Under the pieces are notes generated by a model. The model saw only the letters and a list, made by a program, of their open reading frames with translations. It had not been told where the DNA came from and did not search any database. This document shows, one piece after another, positions 39,050-52,776 of a stretch of 64,000 nucleotides of DNA (positions are counted from its first letter, which is position 1; each line of letters opens with the position of its first letter). This DNA is from Negaprion brevirostris (Eukaryota). The position numbers and the translations under genes were made by a program. The stretch is taken from positions 20,681,956 through 20,745,955 of the forward strand of contig JARDVH010000140.1 in NCBI GenBank assembly GCA_030324005.1, given 5' to 3'.

Positions 39050-39897
39050 CCTATTCCTATTCACTTGCCTGGATGAGTGCAACTCCATCATCACTGAAGA
39101 AGCCCAGCTCCGTCCAGGACAGAGCAACCTGTTTAGATGACAACCAGTCAACGTCATTGCCATTCACTCCCTGCACCACCAGTACAGGGTCGCAACAGTG
39201 TACCTTCTACACAAGTATTGCAACAACTCACCAAGGCTCCTTCAACAGCATCTTCCAAACCCACAACCTCTCTAACCTAGAAAAACAATGACAGGAAATG
39301 CATGGAGATATCACCACCTGCAGAGTCTCCTCCCAAGTTCCATACCATTTTCACTTGAATTGTTCTTTGACTGCCACTGGGTCAAAATGCTGGAACACTC
39401 TCCCTAATAGCACAATGGGTATGCCTACAGTAGGGCAATAGCAACACAAGATGGTGATGAGACACCATCTTATATAATCATAGAATCACTGCAGTGCGGA
39501 AGGTGGTCATTCGGCCCATCAAATCTGTACCAACTCTCTGATGGAGCATCTTACCCACCCCATTCCCTTAATCCCATGCATTTACCCTACTATTCCCCCT
39601 AATCTACACATCTTGGAACATGAAGGGGCAATTTAGTATGGCCAATCCACCTAAACTGCTCATCTTTGGACTGTGGGAGAAAACCATAGCACCTGGAGGA
39701 AATCCACGCAGACATGGGGCGAATGTGCAAACTCCACACAGGCAGTCAGCCACCAAAGGCTGAAATCAAATGCTGGCACTGTGAGGCAGCAGTGCTAACC
39801 ACTTATCCACTCACCACTAAGCCCCCCTTATCTAAGGCAGTTGAGGATGGGCAATAAATACTTGCCTTGCCAGCAATGCCTGCATCTTTTGGATGAT
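39050..39897 (+). mobile_element. L2/CR1-superfamily LINE 3' end interrupted by a SINE
   Basis: Homologous to 32570-33240 (YSLAWMSATPSSLKK...QDRATCL); tail at 39845-39895. Confidence 0.7.
39477..39803 (-). mobile_element. HE1/V-SINE with CR1-type tail
   Basis: Reverse complement of the HE1 head, V-domain and tail (tcatagaatc...gtgaggcagcagtgctaaccact). Confidence 0.88.
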
Positions 39898-40089
39898 TAG
39901 AAGAACAAAACTTGAGAGATATTTTCATTATAAACACTAAATAGCACTCGGTGAATGGTACAAACGCAAACTCATTGTTATAGCTGATCAGGTAGTCTAT
40001 TGACCACATTAATCATCTGCAAACTAAATTGCTTGCATTTGGATTGCACCTTTTACATTCTTGTGCTGTTCCAAATTGCCTCCCAGCTA

Positions 40090-40350
40090 GTAATTACTTT
40101 TGAAGTATCGTCAATGTTGTAAATTAGGGGTGCCGAACAGTTAAGTTGTTCATAGCAAGCACTCTCCAATAGCTTAGGAGTGTTGCTTGAGAATAACCAG
40201 CTCAAAGCTCTTCTTGAAATCGCACCATGGAACTTTTAACATTGCCTGAATAAACAGTCAGGTCCCTCAGTTTGATTAAACTGATAGTCTTCAATCTTGA
40301 TTGTGTGCTCAAGTTTCTAGAGTTGGGTGAGAACCCACAGTCTTCTAGTG
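40090..40350 (-). mobile_element. DeuSINE-like relic
   Basis: tacttttgaagt...gctcttcttgaaatcgcaccatgg...tgtgctcaagtttctagagt resembles the Deu-domain SINE body. Confidence 0.45.
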
Positions 40351-41359
40351 GAGCAACCCAGGGAGGACTTAGGTTTTAAAATATTGCTATGTTCTCCCAA
40401 TGTTGACCCTCTGCAATTGGAGGGAACTTAATCTGGGGTTGTTGGCAGCTGCGCAATACTTGCATATTGCAATATCAGTACCCAACTAACTTTAACATAA
40501 ACAGAGCCTTTCCCTTTTTGGAGATAGTGAATCCATTGATTGCAATATTCTAAAATTCCCTGGATGCGGGAATGTTTCAGGTGAATTGGAAAAATGCTCA
40601 AATAAAGCCCTTGTTTAAAAAAAGGAGGGATGCAAAATGTAGGAAACTATAGGACAATTAGTTTGACATCAGTCAATGGGATATTGTTAGAATCCATTAT
40701 TAAGAAAATAAGAGCAGGACATTTAGAAAGTCAAAATGCAATCCGTCAGTATCAGCATGGTTTTATGAAGGGTAAGTCATGTTTGACTAATTTGCTTGAG
40801 TTCTTTGAAGATGTAACATGCAAGGTGGATAATATGGATCCTGTAGATGTAGTATATCTGGATTCCAGAAGGCATTTGATAAGGTGCCATACACAAAGTT
40901 AATACGCAAGGTTAGTTCACATGGGATTGGGGATAATTTATTAGCTTGGATAGAGGAATGGCTAATCAACAGAAGGCGGAGAGTCAGGATAAATGGGACT
41001 TTTTCTGGTTGACAAAGTATAACTAGTGGAGTGCCACAGGGTTCAGCCCTCGGTGCCCCAACTATTTACAATCTATGTTAATGACTTGGATGCAAGGATA
41101 AAAGATACTACAGCCAGATCTGCAGATGACACTGAAACAGGTGAAATAGTAAGTTGTGATAATAAAATAAAAAATTTACAAATGAATATGGATAGTGAAC
41201 GAGGCAAAATTTGGCAGATGGGGAGTAACATAGATAAGTGTGAGGTTATCCATTTTGGTAGGAAAAATACAAAGACAAATTATTATCTAAATGGAGAGAA
41301 ACTTCAGAATGCTTTGTGCAGAAGGATCTGGGTATCCTTGTGCATGTATCACAGAAAAT

Positions 41360-41740
41360 GAGTCAGAGGTTTACAGCGTGGAAAGAGATCCTTTGGCCCA
41401 ACTTGTTCCATGCTGCCCAGTTTTTACCATTAAGCTAGTACCAATTGCTCATGTTTGGCCCACATCCCTCTATACCAGGAATCTCTGAACTATGACCCGC
41501 AGGCCGCATCTGGATCAGAGTTTGGAGTCCGCTGCTCTATACCAATCTTACCCAAGTAAGATTGATACCCACACACTCACCATCCTCAGTGTGGAAAATA
41601 ATTGCCCTTCTGGACCCTTTTGTATCTCTCCCTTCTCACCTTAATCTATGCCCTGTAGTTTTAGTGTCTCCTATCTTTGGGAAAAGATGTTGACTACCTA
41701 ACTTATTATTAGCTTACTCATTAATTTATAGACCTCTATA
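41360..41740 (-). mobile_element. Second CR1-family 3' fragment inserted antisense within the CR1 above
   Basis: gagtcagaggtttacagc...ggcccaacttg is the reverse complement of the tail seen at 9560-9615 and 52320-52373. Confidence 0.7.
41476..41534. mobile_element. 59-bp hAT-type mini-MITE
   Basis: CAG...CTG termini with imperfect 16-bp TIRs, flanked by an exact 8-bp duplication CTCTATAC. Confidence 0.7.
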
Positions 41741-42859
41741 GTATGCAGGTACAACAGGTAATAAGGAAGACAAATAAAATCTTGGCATTTATTGCTAAAG
41801 GAATTGAATATAAAAGTATTTTGTACAGCTGCCACTGTACAAAACATTGGTGAGACTTCACTTTGAATATTGTGTACAATTTTGGTTCCCTTGAGGGATG
41901 TAGTTGCGTTGGAGGTGGTTCGGCGGAGGTTCACTAGATTGATTCCAGAGATGAGGGGTTTGTCTTACGAAGAGAGATTGGACAGTTTAGGCCTATACCC
42001 CTTGGGGTTTGGAAGAATGAGAGGAGATCTAATTGAGGTTTGCAAGATGATAAGAGGAATTGATAAAGTAGACTTGGAGGGGAATCTAGGGCAATCTAGA
42101 CCAAGAGGTCATTATTTTAAGATGAAGGATGGCAGATTTAAGACAGGTGAGGAGAAATTACTTCTGTCAAAGGGTCAAGAGTCTGTAGAATTCACAACCC
42201 CAATGTGTGGTGGATGTCAGGACATTGACTAAATTTAAGGAAGAAGTAGGCAGATTTTTCATTAGTAAAGATTTGAAAGGCTATGGAGAATGGGGCAGGA
42301 AAATGGAATTTAGGCTGAAGTGAGATCAGCCATGATCATATTAAATGGCAAAGCAGACTCAAGGCTAAATTGCCTAATCCTGCTCTTTGTTCTTGTGTTC
42401 TCTGTTGAATACTAGCTTCATTTGCCCTCCTGTACTAAGATACAATTCTTGTTTTTAAAAGAAAATTCTGTCTGGTTCCCAGGTTGGCATGCACCCACTG
42501 TGTAGGAAACTGCCTCGAAGTCATCACTGGATTTATACGAGATCTTAGCTGTGCTTTAGCATTTAAGATGAATACCTACTGTTAACATCAGTTGTTTCTG
42601 ATGGGAAGATGTCAGCTTTTGATATCATGGCATCTTGATGAGGCCAAACATCTCTGGGGTGAAATGTAGTGAATTGAAGCTGCGTGAATGATGAATGATG
42701 GAGGCTGGAGCAGGCAAATGTGTTATCTGAAATGCGAATTGATTGGAACTGCTCAAATCCAGTAAATATCATTTTAAAATGAAAATTACTGAAACCCAGT
42801 CAGGATTGGTAACTGATTTGGGAAACCATACTCAAACTGAACCATCGCAGGAGAAGCTT

Positions 42860-42980
42860 TAGTGTTTCCCTCAGTGTAATGAATCGGAGCAAGTTTAAAG
42901 AAACTTGTTTCAGGGTGGACTTGGGTAAGACACTCTTTTGGAAAGTCAATGCAGGATCGATTGGCCAAATGGTCTCCGTC
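42860..42980 (+). mobile_element. HE1 SINE 3' fragment
   Basis: ...gggtaagacactctt...tctgcactatagggattctatg. Confidence 0.6.
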
Positions 42981-44512
42981 TGCACTATAGGGATTCTATG
43001 GACTCAAACAGACCAGGGATCAAAATTTGGACCCTATTTGACTGAGCGGCCCAGTTTCAAGTTGCACAAAGTATTTTTCCACTTTGCCATTGAGGTAATG
43101 ATATGAATTATTTTAAATTGTGTTCTAGAAATACAAGTGCTTTTGGACTGCTGCAAAGAAAAGCCAGTGACCAAAGAGTTAATTAATCAAATGATGTCAG
43201 TGTCGACTACTGGGGTGTGTTGATTAGTTGTTTAGAATTGCTAGCATGAAGCGGGGAAGATATGAAACTTCTTTAGTGACTTAATTGTAGACTGGTTTTT
43301 GTGGCTGATCAAGAGTTTAGTTTTACAGTAGTGAATGTGAGCAACAAATAGTCTCAAAGGAGATCAATCATTGCATAATCGTTCTCTGCCTTCTCCTTCA
43401 CTGCTGTTTATTTTCCAAGAGAACAGGGTTGGAGCAGCAAAAATCTTTAAAGCAGCCCAGTTTTAAATTGAGCAGAAAATAGTCATCGACATATTTGTTA
43501 ATATTACCTAAGCCATTAGTCTGGATGGTTGGGCTGCTTCTTCAACAAGAGAAGTATCATTAGGAGCATAAAATACATTCAGTCCTGTTTGCCCTGCTGT
43601 ACATTTACAATTCCTGATGCATGTTCAAGTACCTGCATCTCAGGCTTTCCTTTCCTTATGCATCCATTCACATTCGTCAGTGCTATACTTGACTTGACGT
43701 GCTGTTTGGTGTTAGGGCAGGGTTGTGGTCAATCTTTTTCACAGCCGCACTTCCCATAGTACGATGATGAATTTCAGTAGAAGCAAAAGACTTGTCACTA
43801 GAAACCCTTATATCTCCTCTCATTTTCCAGTTATAGCACCTCGTTTACAGCATCAAGTGCTCCTGATCAAGTATAAATAGAGCAGATGCAGGTCAATCTT
43901 CCTCTGCTCTTCAACAACCTGCATTATATCCAAAATGAAAAGAGCCTCGCCGCCCCAAAGTGAACTCTTCTTTAAAGATTGAAAATGCAATTAGTGTGGA
44001 ATTGTTTTCCATTACGCACTTTGGACCTTGCGCTGTCCTGAAGTTGAATTAGGAGTCCGTGTAAGATCACTATTAAAGATCTAAGTGGCCACAGTGATTT
44101 TTTTTAAAGAAATATTTTGTTCATCATTTTGTGGCATCATACAGGCACTCGGTATTCTGCAAGTTCAGTGCTCTCAGGCAAGATCTGACCCGTTTTAAAG
44201 CAGATGTCTTCCACTGACTTGGTCACAGACATTAACTGGTAGTCCTTTGTCCCCAGAGATGATTGTAACAGCTTTGGGGAACTGATGGCTAAAATCTTGT
44301 ATACTAGGTAATTAGCAACATCTTTGCAGGAGAACGTTTTGCATAATACGTTAACATGAAAAGATTTACTTCTGATAACAATCAGACACGAACAGAATTT
44401 CCTCTTCAGTGTTAGTGGTTAACCTACAATCTGCTTGAAGAAGAGATCAGGACATTTGAAACCAACAGCGCAAGCAGATTTTCCATGTATTTGAAATGAA
44501 AGGAAAATCTAA

Positions 44513-44651
44513 GGGTTAATTTTCAACTTTGCTGTTGGGCAAAGTAACCCTATATTAATATTGGTGGAATGAAATTCGATTTGGTTCTGTAGAGGGTGGG
44601 GGATCTGTTCAGTCAGGTTGCTGTCCAGGTGACAGAGTTGCAAATTATGCC
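44513..44651. mobile_element. Short TIR MITE relic
   Basis: gggttaattttcaact ... agttgcaaattatgcc imperfect inverted termini. Confidence 0.4.
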
Positions 44652-46448
44652 TTCAGTCAGTTGTGTGAACAATCTCTGCTCCATTAGCCTGATGGCATTG
44701 TAGACCGATGGAAATGAGTAAACTGGTACTTAATATTTGCTCTGTGACTTTCATTTAATTTGACTTCTAGTTGTACTACTACTTTGGGCTCCCTGACCTC
44801 TGCAGTCCACTCTGAGTCCGTTTCTGTGAGGCAGAAGGATTTGGCAATGTGAGCAATAGCAGTATATATCTCGGACTATAAAGGTCGTAAGAGCAGCTTG
44901 TGGGTCTCAGTAAAAGGAGGGGTCAGTGTGCTGAAGGGGACCAGCTCTGCACTCTGAATGTAAAAGCAGATGTGTTTGCTGNNNNNNNNNNNNNNNNNNN
45001 NNNNNNNNNNNNNNNNNTAATTTCAATGAGATGCAAGCATGCAAAACCTCCTGGGAACAGCATGCTACAGTACTGCACAGCACTCGTCAGATGCTTTCTA
45101 CTGTGTGAAAATAAAGCAAACTGAAATTTATTTCTGTTTTCAATGTGAGATCGTACAGAAGAGCACAAGTTTCAGGAGTGTTGTACTTTTCTTTGAGATG
45201 AGAAACCTAAGGTTTGAGCCCCATAATGCAGAACGCAGTCAGAGTTGAGAAGAGTAGAACAGATGATGAGAAAGTCTGTACGCTGTATAATCAAGTCGCA
45301 GTTCTGATATTCGGATGGCAATGCAAGAGAACTGAGTCTAATAATGCAAATACACTTGGCACTATGAGACTCCGTATAAACATTAAACCCACTGCTTGTC
45401 AGTAGATATAAAAAAAAGTGGGAGAATGTGCGTGGTACCACCAAACTCAGGTGTTTAAAACTTATTATAGATGTAAGAAGAAAGCTGGTTTGAGGGAAAT
45501 ATTGGGAGTTCCTGTATATGATGAGCAGTCAAGTCTGAGAAGTGTTGATTTAAAGACATTTGGTTTTAGCAAAATTAAAGTGAGTTCCTAAAGGAGCGTA
45601 AAAGATCAGTATGGAGAGCCCAGAGAGAGAAAAATTATGACGTTCAGGCGGCTGATTATAAAAATGAGACAAAGTGTCAAATATGAATTCATGGAACATT
45701 ATTTCTGTCTATTTTGCATATTGATGTTTTTTTCCCCACTGTTCCTCAATTAAATCCAACAGAATTCTTTTGAAAATGGGAGTGGAATATTTAAGTGCTA
45801 ATTTTGGTTAATAGTCTCTAAGCGCTCAATAGTCATCGTCCCATATTGTGGTGTCATGCAGCTTTAACTGANNNNNNNNNNNNNNNNNNNNNNNNNTGCA
45901 CAGCTGCGAGGTGAAAGAATTGACATCTCGTTGCTCTGTTATTAAAGGGGAACACGGTGGAGACACTGAGAATGTCAACTGTATCACACAGAGAAATTAA
46001 TTGCCAAACTTTTCATCAACTGAATAGGACTAAATATAGTGGCAGTATTTGTTTTGACTCTCTTGGCAGCTCAGAATGACATAAATTATACTTGATGTCA
46101 TCAGTTTAAACCCACTCTAATCTCTTGATGCAGGACCTCAATGAATGGTGATCAGAATGTGGTATTGTTAAGTAACAGATTTACTGAAGGGCACCTGATA
46201 TTTTTTTGTGTCGCATGTTGAAGTGGCCATATTACTATGATTCAGAATAGTGCTCACATCATTGTTCACTATGAAACATTAAAGGATAGAGTCTAGTGGG
46301 TGCCAGCCCTGTTACTAAGCTGTACAGACTGAGGCTAGAAGCTTGTGTGACAACCTTGGACCCAGTAGAGGAAGGAAAAGTTGTATTTTTTTAAAAAGAT
46401 TTGTTGAATCTGTAATTGTTTTTAAGAATGTTTTAAGAGGTCCATATA

Positions 46449-46775
46449 ATCATAGAAATCTTATAGTGCAGAAGGAGACCATTCGGCCCACCAAGTCCAA
46501 CAATTCTACCCCAGACCGTATGCCACAACCCCATTTACCCTGCTAATTCCTCTAACGTACTCATCCTGGGTGATTTAGAAGGGGTGATTTAGCATGGCCA
46601 ATCAACCTAATCCGCACATCTTTAGACTGTGGAAGAAAAATAGAGCACCCGGAGGAAACCCTCGCAGACACACGGGGAGAATGTGGAAACTCCACACATA
46701 TCCAAGCTGGGAATCGCACCTAGATCCCTGGAGCTGTAACGCAGCAGTGCTAACTACTGTGCCACCATGCTGCCC
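46449..46775 (-). mobile_element. Full-length HE1/V-SINE with CR1-type tail
   Basis: Minus strand starts GGGCAGCATGGTGGCACAGTAGTTAGCACTGCTGC, followed by the V-domain and tail. Confidence 0.88.
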
Positions 46776-47981
46776 AATTGCATCAATTGTAAATGAATCA
46801 ATTGTAATTTTCTTAGATAATAAGAAATACTGCTTGGTGTGATCAAGTGACATTGATCTGGAAACAGTATCAACAGGAAGGAAGTTAAGAAAGAAGCTGA
46901 GTGGCTGCAGAAACTAAGAGCTGGAGAGACAAAAGGAGAGTTACAAGCAGAGGAGCAGGATGGTGAAGGTGATCAACATGCAGACACAAACACAAGGGGA
47001 AGGTAGACAGAAAGAGGAATATGCAAAGAAGAAGCAAGTTACCTTCAGGAAAAGATCTGCCTTTCTGTTTGGTAGAAAAGGAGAGCAGAGTCCTTGGAGG
47101 TACTGTGAGAGCTGTGCTTTACCCAGAAGTGGCCAAACTATGAACCATGATTATACTGATTGGTCTGTTGAAAAGGAACTTGGGAAATCTACACCATTGG
47201 GACTATCCTGTCTCGAGAGAGAGAACGTTCATAGAATTGTGTCTTGCTGATGATAATCATACCTGTGAAATTGGAAGCTGAAAGCTGATGTCAGTAACAG
47301 CTCCTGACCTACCCTGCATGAATAAAGAACAACATATTGTGAAGCCTTGTAGTGTCACATTTGAGTGGGGAGTAATGGAGGTATTAGCAGTTGTGTAAGG
47401 CGTATCTTTGTTATGTAGACTATTTAAATTGAAGTTTACCTGTTTATTTGAAATATCATTTGCCTAATAATGTACTTATTTGCATTATTTTGATTTGCTT
47501 TAAAGTAAAAGCTACAAAAAAGTGGAATATTTTTGTTGTTGCTTCATTTTGGGGGGAGTTATTCATTAAGTTGGGTTAGTTTGACTTACTTGCCCTACTT
47601 GCAAGAAACCTTGGTCTGTGCCCTGTTAACTGAACCCAGCAGATCAGGGTCGCAATTGGCCGTGGCTCCTATAGGGCTTCCTGTCCAGTGACATCAGGCA
47701 AGAGCAGCATTTCAGCTTTGACACTGCAACCTGACTCTTCCTTGATACAGTGGAATAGCCAATCTAGGTTCTGATGTGAAGAATGGCTACCTATGCGAGA
47801 TGGTATAGAGACCAATGTCCCATGTGGAGAGTTGTGCTGAGAGGACACAAGTAATGGTGTAGTAGGTGGATACCCAAGCACTAAAAGGCTGTCAAATTGA
47901 TGTCTCTAATAATTGTACGTTCAGAATTTGTACAGAGTTTTTATTGCCGTGTTTTAAGTAGAAGTATTTATTTCATTGCAG

Positions 47982-48136
47982 GCACCCCAGAGCTGAGTCC
48001 AGGTGAGCGAAAGGAGCTGGAAACAAAATTGAAGGAAAGAGAGGAATTTTTATTGCCCATATACCACCAGGTTGCTGTGAAGTTTGCTGATCTTCATGAC
48101 ACACCAGGCCGCATGCAAGAGAAAGGAGTCATTACG
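47982..48136 (+). CDS. ACACA: ACACA coding exon: (G)[51 protein letters not shown]
   Basis: [17 protein letters not shown] motif; ttgcAG acceptor, GTgagt donor; 155 nt. Confidence 0.97.
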
Positions 48137-48331
48137 GTGAGTGGACTACCCTACTCCACTTGCTCTACACTTCAGGATGAAGCCCTTTTGAAAACTGAGC
48201 ACCCCAGTAGTGCCACTATCAATAGGCCAGCATATTGTCGAGGGTTGCCACAGAAGTAGGAGTCAGGATGTTCTCGTGTGGTACAAGCCTCTTTTAATTG
48301 GAGCAAATTGAAAGTAGTTACTTAAAACCTC

Positions 48332-50160
48332 ATTCATTAGCAGCATTTGTTGCCTATCATTCATTGCCCTCGATTGGTGGTGAGCCACCTTCTTGAGCTG
48401 CTGAAGTCTTTGTGGTGGAGGCACGGTCACAATACTATTAGGAAGGAATTGCCAAGATTTTAGCCTAGTTACAGTGAAAGAGCAGTGATTATTTCCAAGT
48501 CAGGATGGTGTGTGACTCGGAGTGGAACTTGCAGTCTACACTCCTATTGCTCTAGGTGGTGCAGGTCATGGGTTTGGAATGTAATGTTGAAAGAGCCTTG
48601 GCAAGTTCCTGCAGTACATTTTGTAGATGGTACATTTGCTAATACTATGCACCGTTGATGGAGGGGGGAAACATTTAAAGCGGTGAATGGGGTGCCAACC
48701 AAGTGGACTGCTTCTTGAGCTTTGTTGGAGCTGCATTCATCCAGTGGACGCTATTCCATCACACTCCTGACTTGTATCATGGGAAGTCAGAAAGTGAGTT
48801 GCTTGTTGCAACACCCCCAGCCTCTGACCAGTTCTTGTATCTGCAGTATACCTGTTTGTCTCATTAAGTTTCTGGTCAGTGAGTGCCCCTAGGGTTTTGA
48901 TGATGGGGATTCAGCAATGTAAAGCTGTTGCACATCAAGGGGAGTTGGTTATTGTTGGAGTAGTCATTGCCTGACACCTATGTGGCATAAATGTTACTTC
49001 GCTCATTTGCTCAAGAAGATGAAAATGAACAGTGCATTGTCATCTGCCAGCATCCTCTCTTCGGAGCTTATGGTGAGGTTCAGGTTACTGATGAAGCAGC
49101 TGAAAATGGATGAGCCGTGCTCCTGAGGCTGAGACAACTTGGCCTCCAACAACTGTAACTATCTTTCTTTTCTGAGGCACAACTCCTCCGTTGGAGAGAT
49201 TCCCATTGATTTCAATTTACACAGACTCCCTGATGCCACACTAAGTCAAATGCTGTCTTGATTTTCAAGGGCAGTCATTCCCCCCGTACCCTTATTGTCC
49301 ACATTTGGACCAAAGCTGTAATGAAATTTGGAGGCAAGTGGTCCAAACTGAGCATTGATCAGCAGGCTGTTGCCTAATAAGTACCGCTTTTAGTGCCGTT
49401 GACAAAATCTTCCATCACTTCACAGAAGGTTGAGAGGAGGGTTACGGGACAATAATTGGCCAGATTGGATTTGTCCTGCTTCTTGTGAACAGGACACTGC
49501 CAAACAATTCTCTGCATTGTCAGTGTAGATGCCGGTGCTCTAACTGTACTACAACAGCTAGGTTAAGAGCATGGTGAATTCTGGCGCATATAATATCCCA
49601 ATATAGAGCTGAAGATATCAGGATTATTGCTGTGCCTAGTGCATTGAGGGGGTTCTTTATCACATAGGATGAACCAAATTCACTGAAGACTAGCAACAGG
49701 AGACCTCAGGAGGAGGCCAAGATGAATTAGCCACTTGACAAATATTTCAGCATTATTCTTTGCACTGAGATGCTGTGCTTCAACATCATTCAGGATGCAG
49801 GTGTCTATGGACCCTCTTCCTTCTATGGTTGGTTATTTGTTCACCATCAATTGTTCACAACTCAATGTGGCTGGACTGCCGCAGGACTCCATTGGTCATT
49901 GGATCACTTAACTCTGCCAGTAGCAGATACCATTTGCTGTTTAACATGTTTTAACTTTGTGCTGTAGCTTCATCAGGTTGGTACCTCATTTTAATTATGT
50001 CCTGGTACTACTCCTGGCGTGCTTCTTTACACTCCATTGAACCAAAGTTGGTCCTTTGACAATATCGTAATAGTAGATTGTAGAGTATTTTGAGACATGA
50101 GTTGCAGGTTGTTGTTGAGTACAGTTCTGGTCGTCAGCACCTATGCGTGCCCTGGGGAAA
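48332..50160 (-). mobile_element. Long degraded L2/CR1-superfamily LINE
   Basis: Reverse complement of the family at 32570 and 39050 (tattccatcacactcctgacttgt; ccacactaagtcaaatgctgtcttgat = DIKAAFD.VW-like). Confidence 0.75.
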
Positions 50161-50300
50161 ACTAACTGCTTGGATCAGGATCCATGAGTTTGAATGAAGA
50201 GTTTGAAGTTTTGAGATTTAAAGAAGTGTACTCAAGTTTTCTAGTTTGGAATTCTGATTGTTCAAAGTAGCATATAGTTTGGTTTCTCATTTAATGACAG

Positions 50301-50471
50301 GATATCTTGGATTGGCCAACGTCACGTACATTCTTCTACTGGCGCCTGCGCAGATTGCTTCTGGAAGATACCGTGAAGAAAAAGATTCTGCATGCAAACT
50401 CGGAGCTGACTGACGGACAGATTCAGGCGATGCTGAGGCGCTGGTTTGTTGAGGCTGAAGGAGCTGTGAAG
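50301..50471 (+). CDS. ACACA: ACACA coding exon: [57 protein letters not shown]
   Basis: [15 protein letters not shown] motif; gacAG acceptor, GTaggt donor; 171 nt, phase 0-0. Confidence 0.97.
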
Positions 50472-52776
50472 GTAGGTTTCCTGGGAGCTGTGACTTGTAC
50501 TGTCTGTTACAGCTTGCTACAAGAGCAGGTCTGCACAATAAGAGTCAACCAAAGATGCACAGCAGAGATGCTGAACATTAATTGTCCTTTCCAGGAAGGA
50601 TGTATTTTGAGAATTGAGTTAGCGCATTTTGATTGCATGCCCTACATCCCTTCATGTTACCAGTGTAGTCCATACCGTTTAAAAATTCGGATTTTGTATT
50701 TTACAAGACCCAGTCAGGAAATTAGCAATTTGTTTCCTGAATCAGCAGAAAATCAAATAACCCGGCAGTCAATGAGAGAGAGTTTAAAAAGGCAAGCATG
50801 TGTGTAACGGAGAGAAACACCTTCCATAGTACTCATTACACAGAGACAAATTTCAGAGTGTTTCACAGGATGGAAGATGGTGGAGATGAGTGTCTGAAAC
50901 CACAGGAACCCTGTTTGTACACCTAATACTGGATTTGTGCCGTACGTGTGATCGATTTCTGGTGGCAGAATGGGAACTGATCCAAGGAGAGTAAAGGCCT
51001 GGGGAAAAGTCTGCAGGGAGATTCTTGAGTAGGTTTTTGAAGGCCAGGGTGGTGGAGGGAAGAATACTGAAAGGTTTTGGAGAGTGGGGCAAAGCAAATG
51101 AAATTAAAAACAAGTAAACCGGCACACCCTACAAACGAAGCAAATTGGAACTAAATGCAAATGTACATGGCTCCCCGTAAACCAGTGGGGTGGGGGAGGA
51201 TGTTGTGGTAAGTACATTTTCTTTGATGGAAAATACTGGAAACAACTCAGCAGGTCCAACAAGAACTATGGAGGGAGAAACAGAGTTGATACTTCAGGTT
51301 AATTTTTTTTTCATTAGAGCTAGAACTGAATATAATAAAGTGAGGAAGAAGGGGACCCACACAGTAAACTAAAGTATGAAATCCAATGACAGATTAGAAC
51401 TAGGGCATCTGAGGAATTGCTTTATCTGTCAAGGGACAGCACAATAGCAGTTCCCTGGGACCACAGCCTCCCAAGATATAATACAAGGTGCTCCCAAAGG
51501 AGAGAAATATAATTATGAAAAGACAGAGTTGATTTTAGGAATGTTTGTGCTTAGCAAGGCAAGTAATGCGAGTCCTTGGGAGTGAACCATTTGTAACATT
51601 TTGCATTGTGAGCCCATGTATTGAACAGCTAGGTGTAGGTTTAAAGGTAGTGTGGTTAAGCTTCAGGGTATTTGTTTCTGTCACACATCTGAACTTTTCC
51701 ATTTTATGCATCAACCGCTCATGTAGGGAAATGATAAATTGTCCAACGTTGTTATTCTTCTAAAAAAAGTAATTCAGTCAAAACATTAACTTTTTAAAAA
51801 TGCCAGAACAATGGTGTGCAGGAGTGCTGACATATTTAGGGTTGAACAAAGAACAACACAGCACGGGAAACAGGCCCTTCAGCCCAACGAGCCTGTGCCG
51901 CCATTTTAACATTTTGAGTTCTCTCTTCCACCCATGACCTTTGTCTACGCTTATGGCACTCCGCATTGGAAATCAGATTGAGAGGAGACTAATTTAGGGA
52001 CAATTTGTTACACCAATCAGCCTAAGAGCACATCTTTGGGGTGTGGGAGGNNNNNNNNNNNNNNNNNNNNNNNNNNNNNNNNNNNNNNNNNNNNNNNNNN
52101 NNNNNNNNNNNNNNNNNNNNNNNNNNNNNNNNNNNNNNNNNNNNNNNNNNAACCTCCCTGATCCAGACTGGGAGAGACTGAACAAGCAAAGTGTGTCCCC
52201 AGCTTCACGGTGAAGTGTGAAAGGAGCAGAATGGGGGAGGACACACCCTTTTTTACAGCACTGGCTGCCGTAAAGCATGAGAGTTCAAAGCTCCCACTGG
52301 AAGGAAGGGGGTAAGTTTATCGGCATGGACAAGTTGGGCCGAAGGGCCTGTTTCCTTGCTGTAAGCCTCTATATGGAGTGGGGAGTGGGGAATGGGGAAT
52401 GTGAGAATAAGAAGGACAGGGCTTGGTCTGGTTTTAAAATAGTTACTCTGATGTTAGGTGTTCTTCTTTTCCATTTTAAATCTTTCAGAGTAAAACTGGC
52501 AGAGCCACCCAGTAAGGGATTTAAATCGCTTTGTTGGATGGTTCCCAGCCCAACACAATTGTTCAGGGAACAATTGCCGTGTAAACCTTATACGGTGACT
52601 CCTAAGAGGGATTCCCCTAAATCCAGGGAGCCAGATAGTTGAGCCCACCATTTCAATGACAAAGCGGAAAATTCTTTGCTACAGACAGATTGCAAAAATT
52701 CATGTTAAAATCAAACTGTTGTTAAACCAGGGAAAAAAAATTCAAAATGAAAACTCAGCTCAGGATTCTTATCTTT

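Larger units (their letters stand above)
40521..42400 (+). mobile_element. 5'-truncated CR1 LINE (RT domain to 3' tail), frameshifted
   Basis: GNYRTISLTS, QHGFMKGKSCLTNLLEFFE, VDVVYLD, LFTIYVNDLD..SADDT, KCEVIHFG, LEVVRRRFTRLIP...YEERL, and a CR1 tail. Confidence 0.92.

Noticed and set aside
46838-47672. Possible second solo LTR
   Set aside because: Composition is suggestive, but termini and TSD could not be defined.
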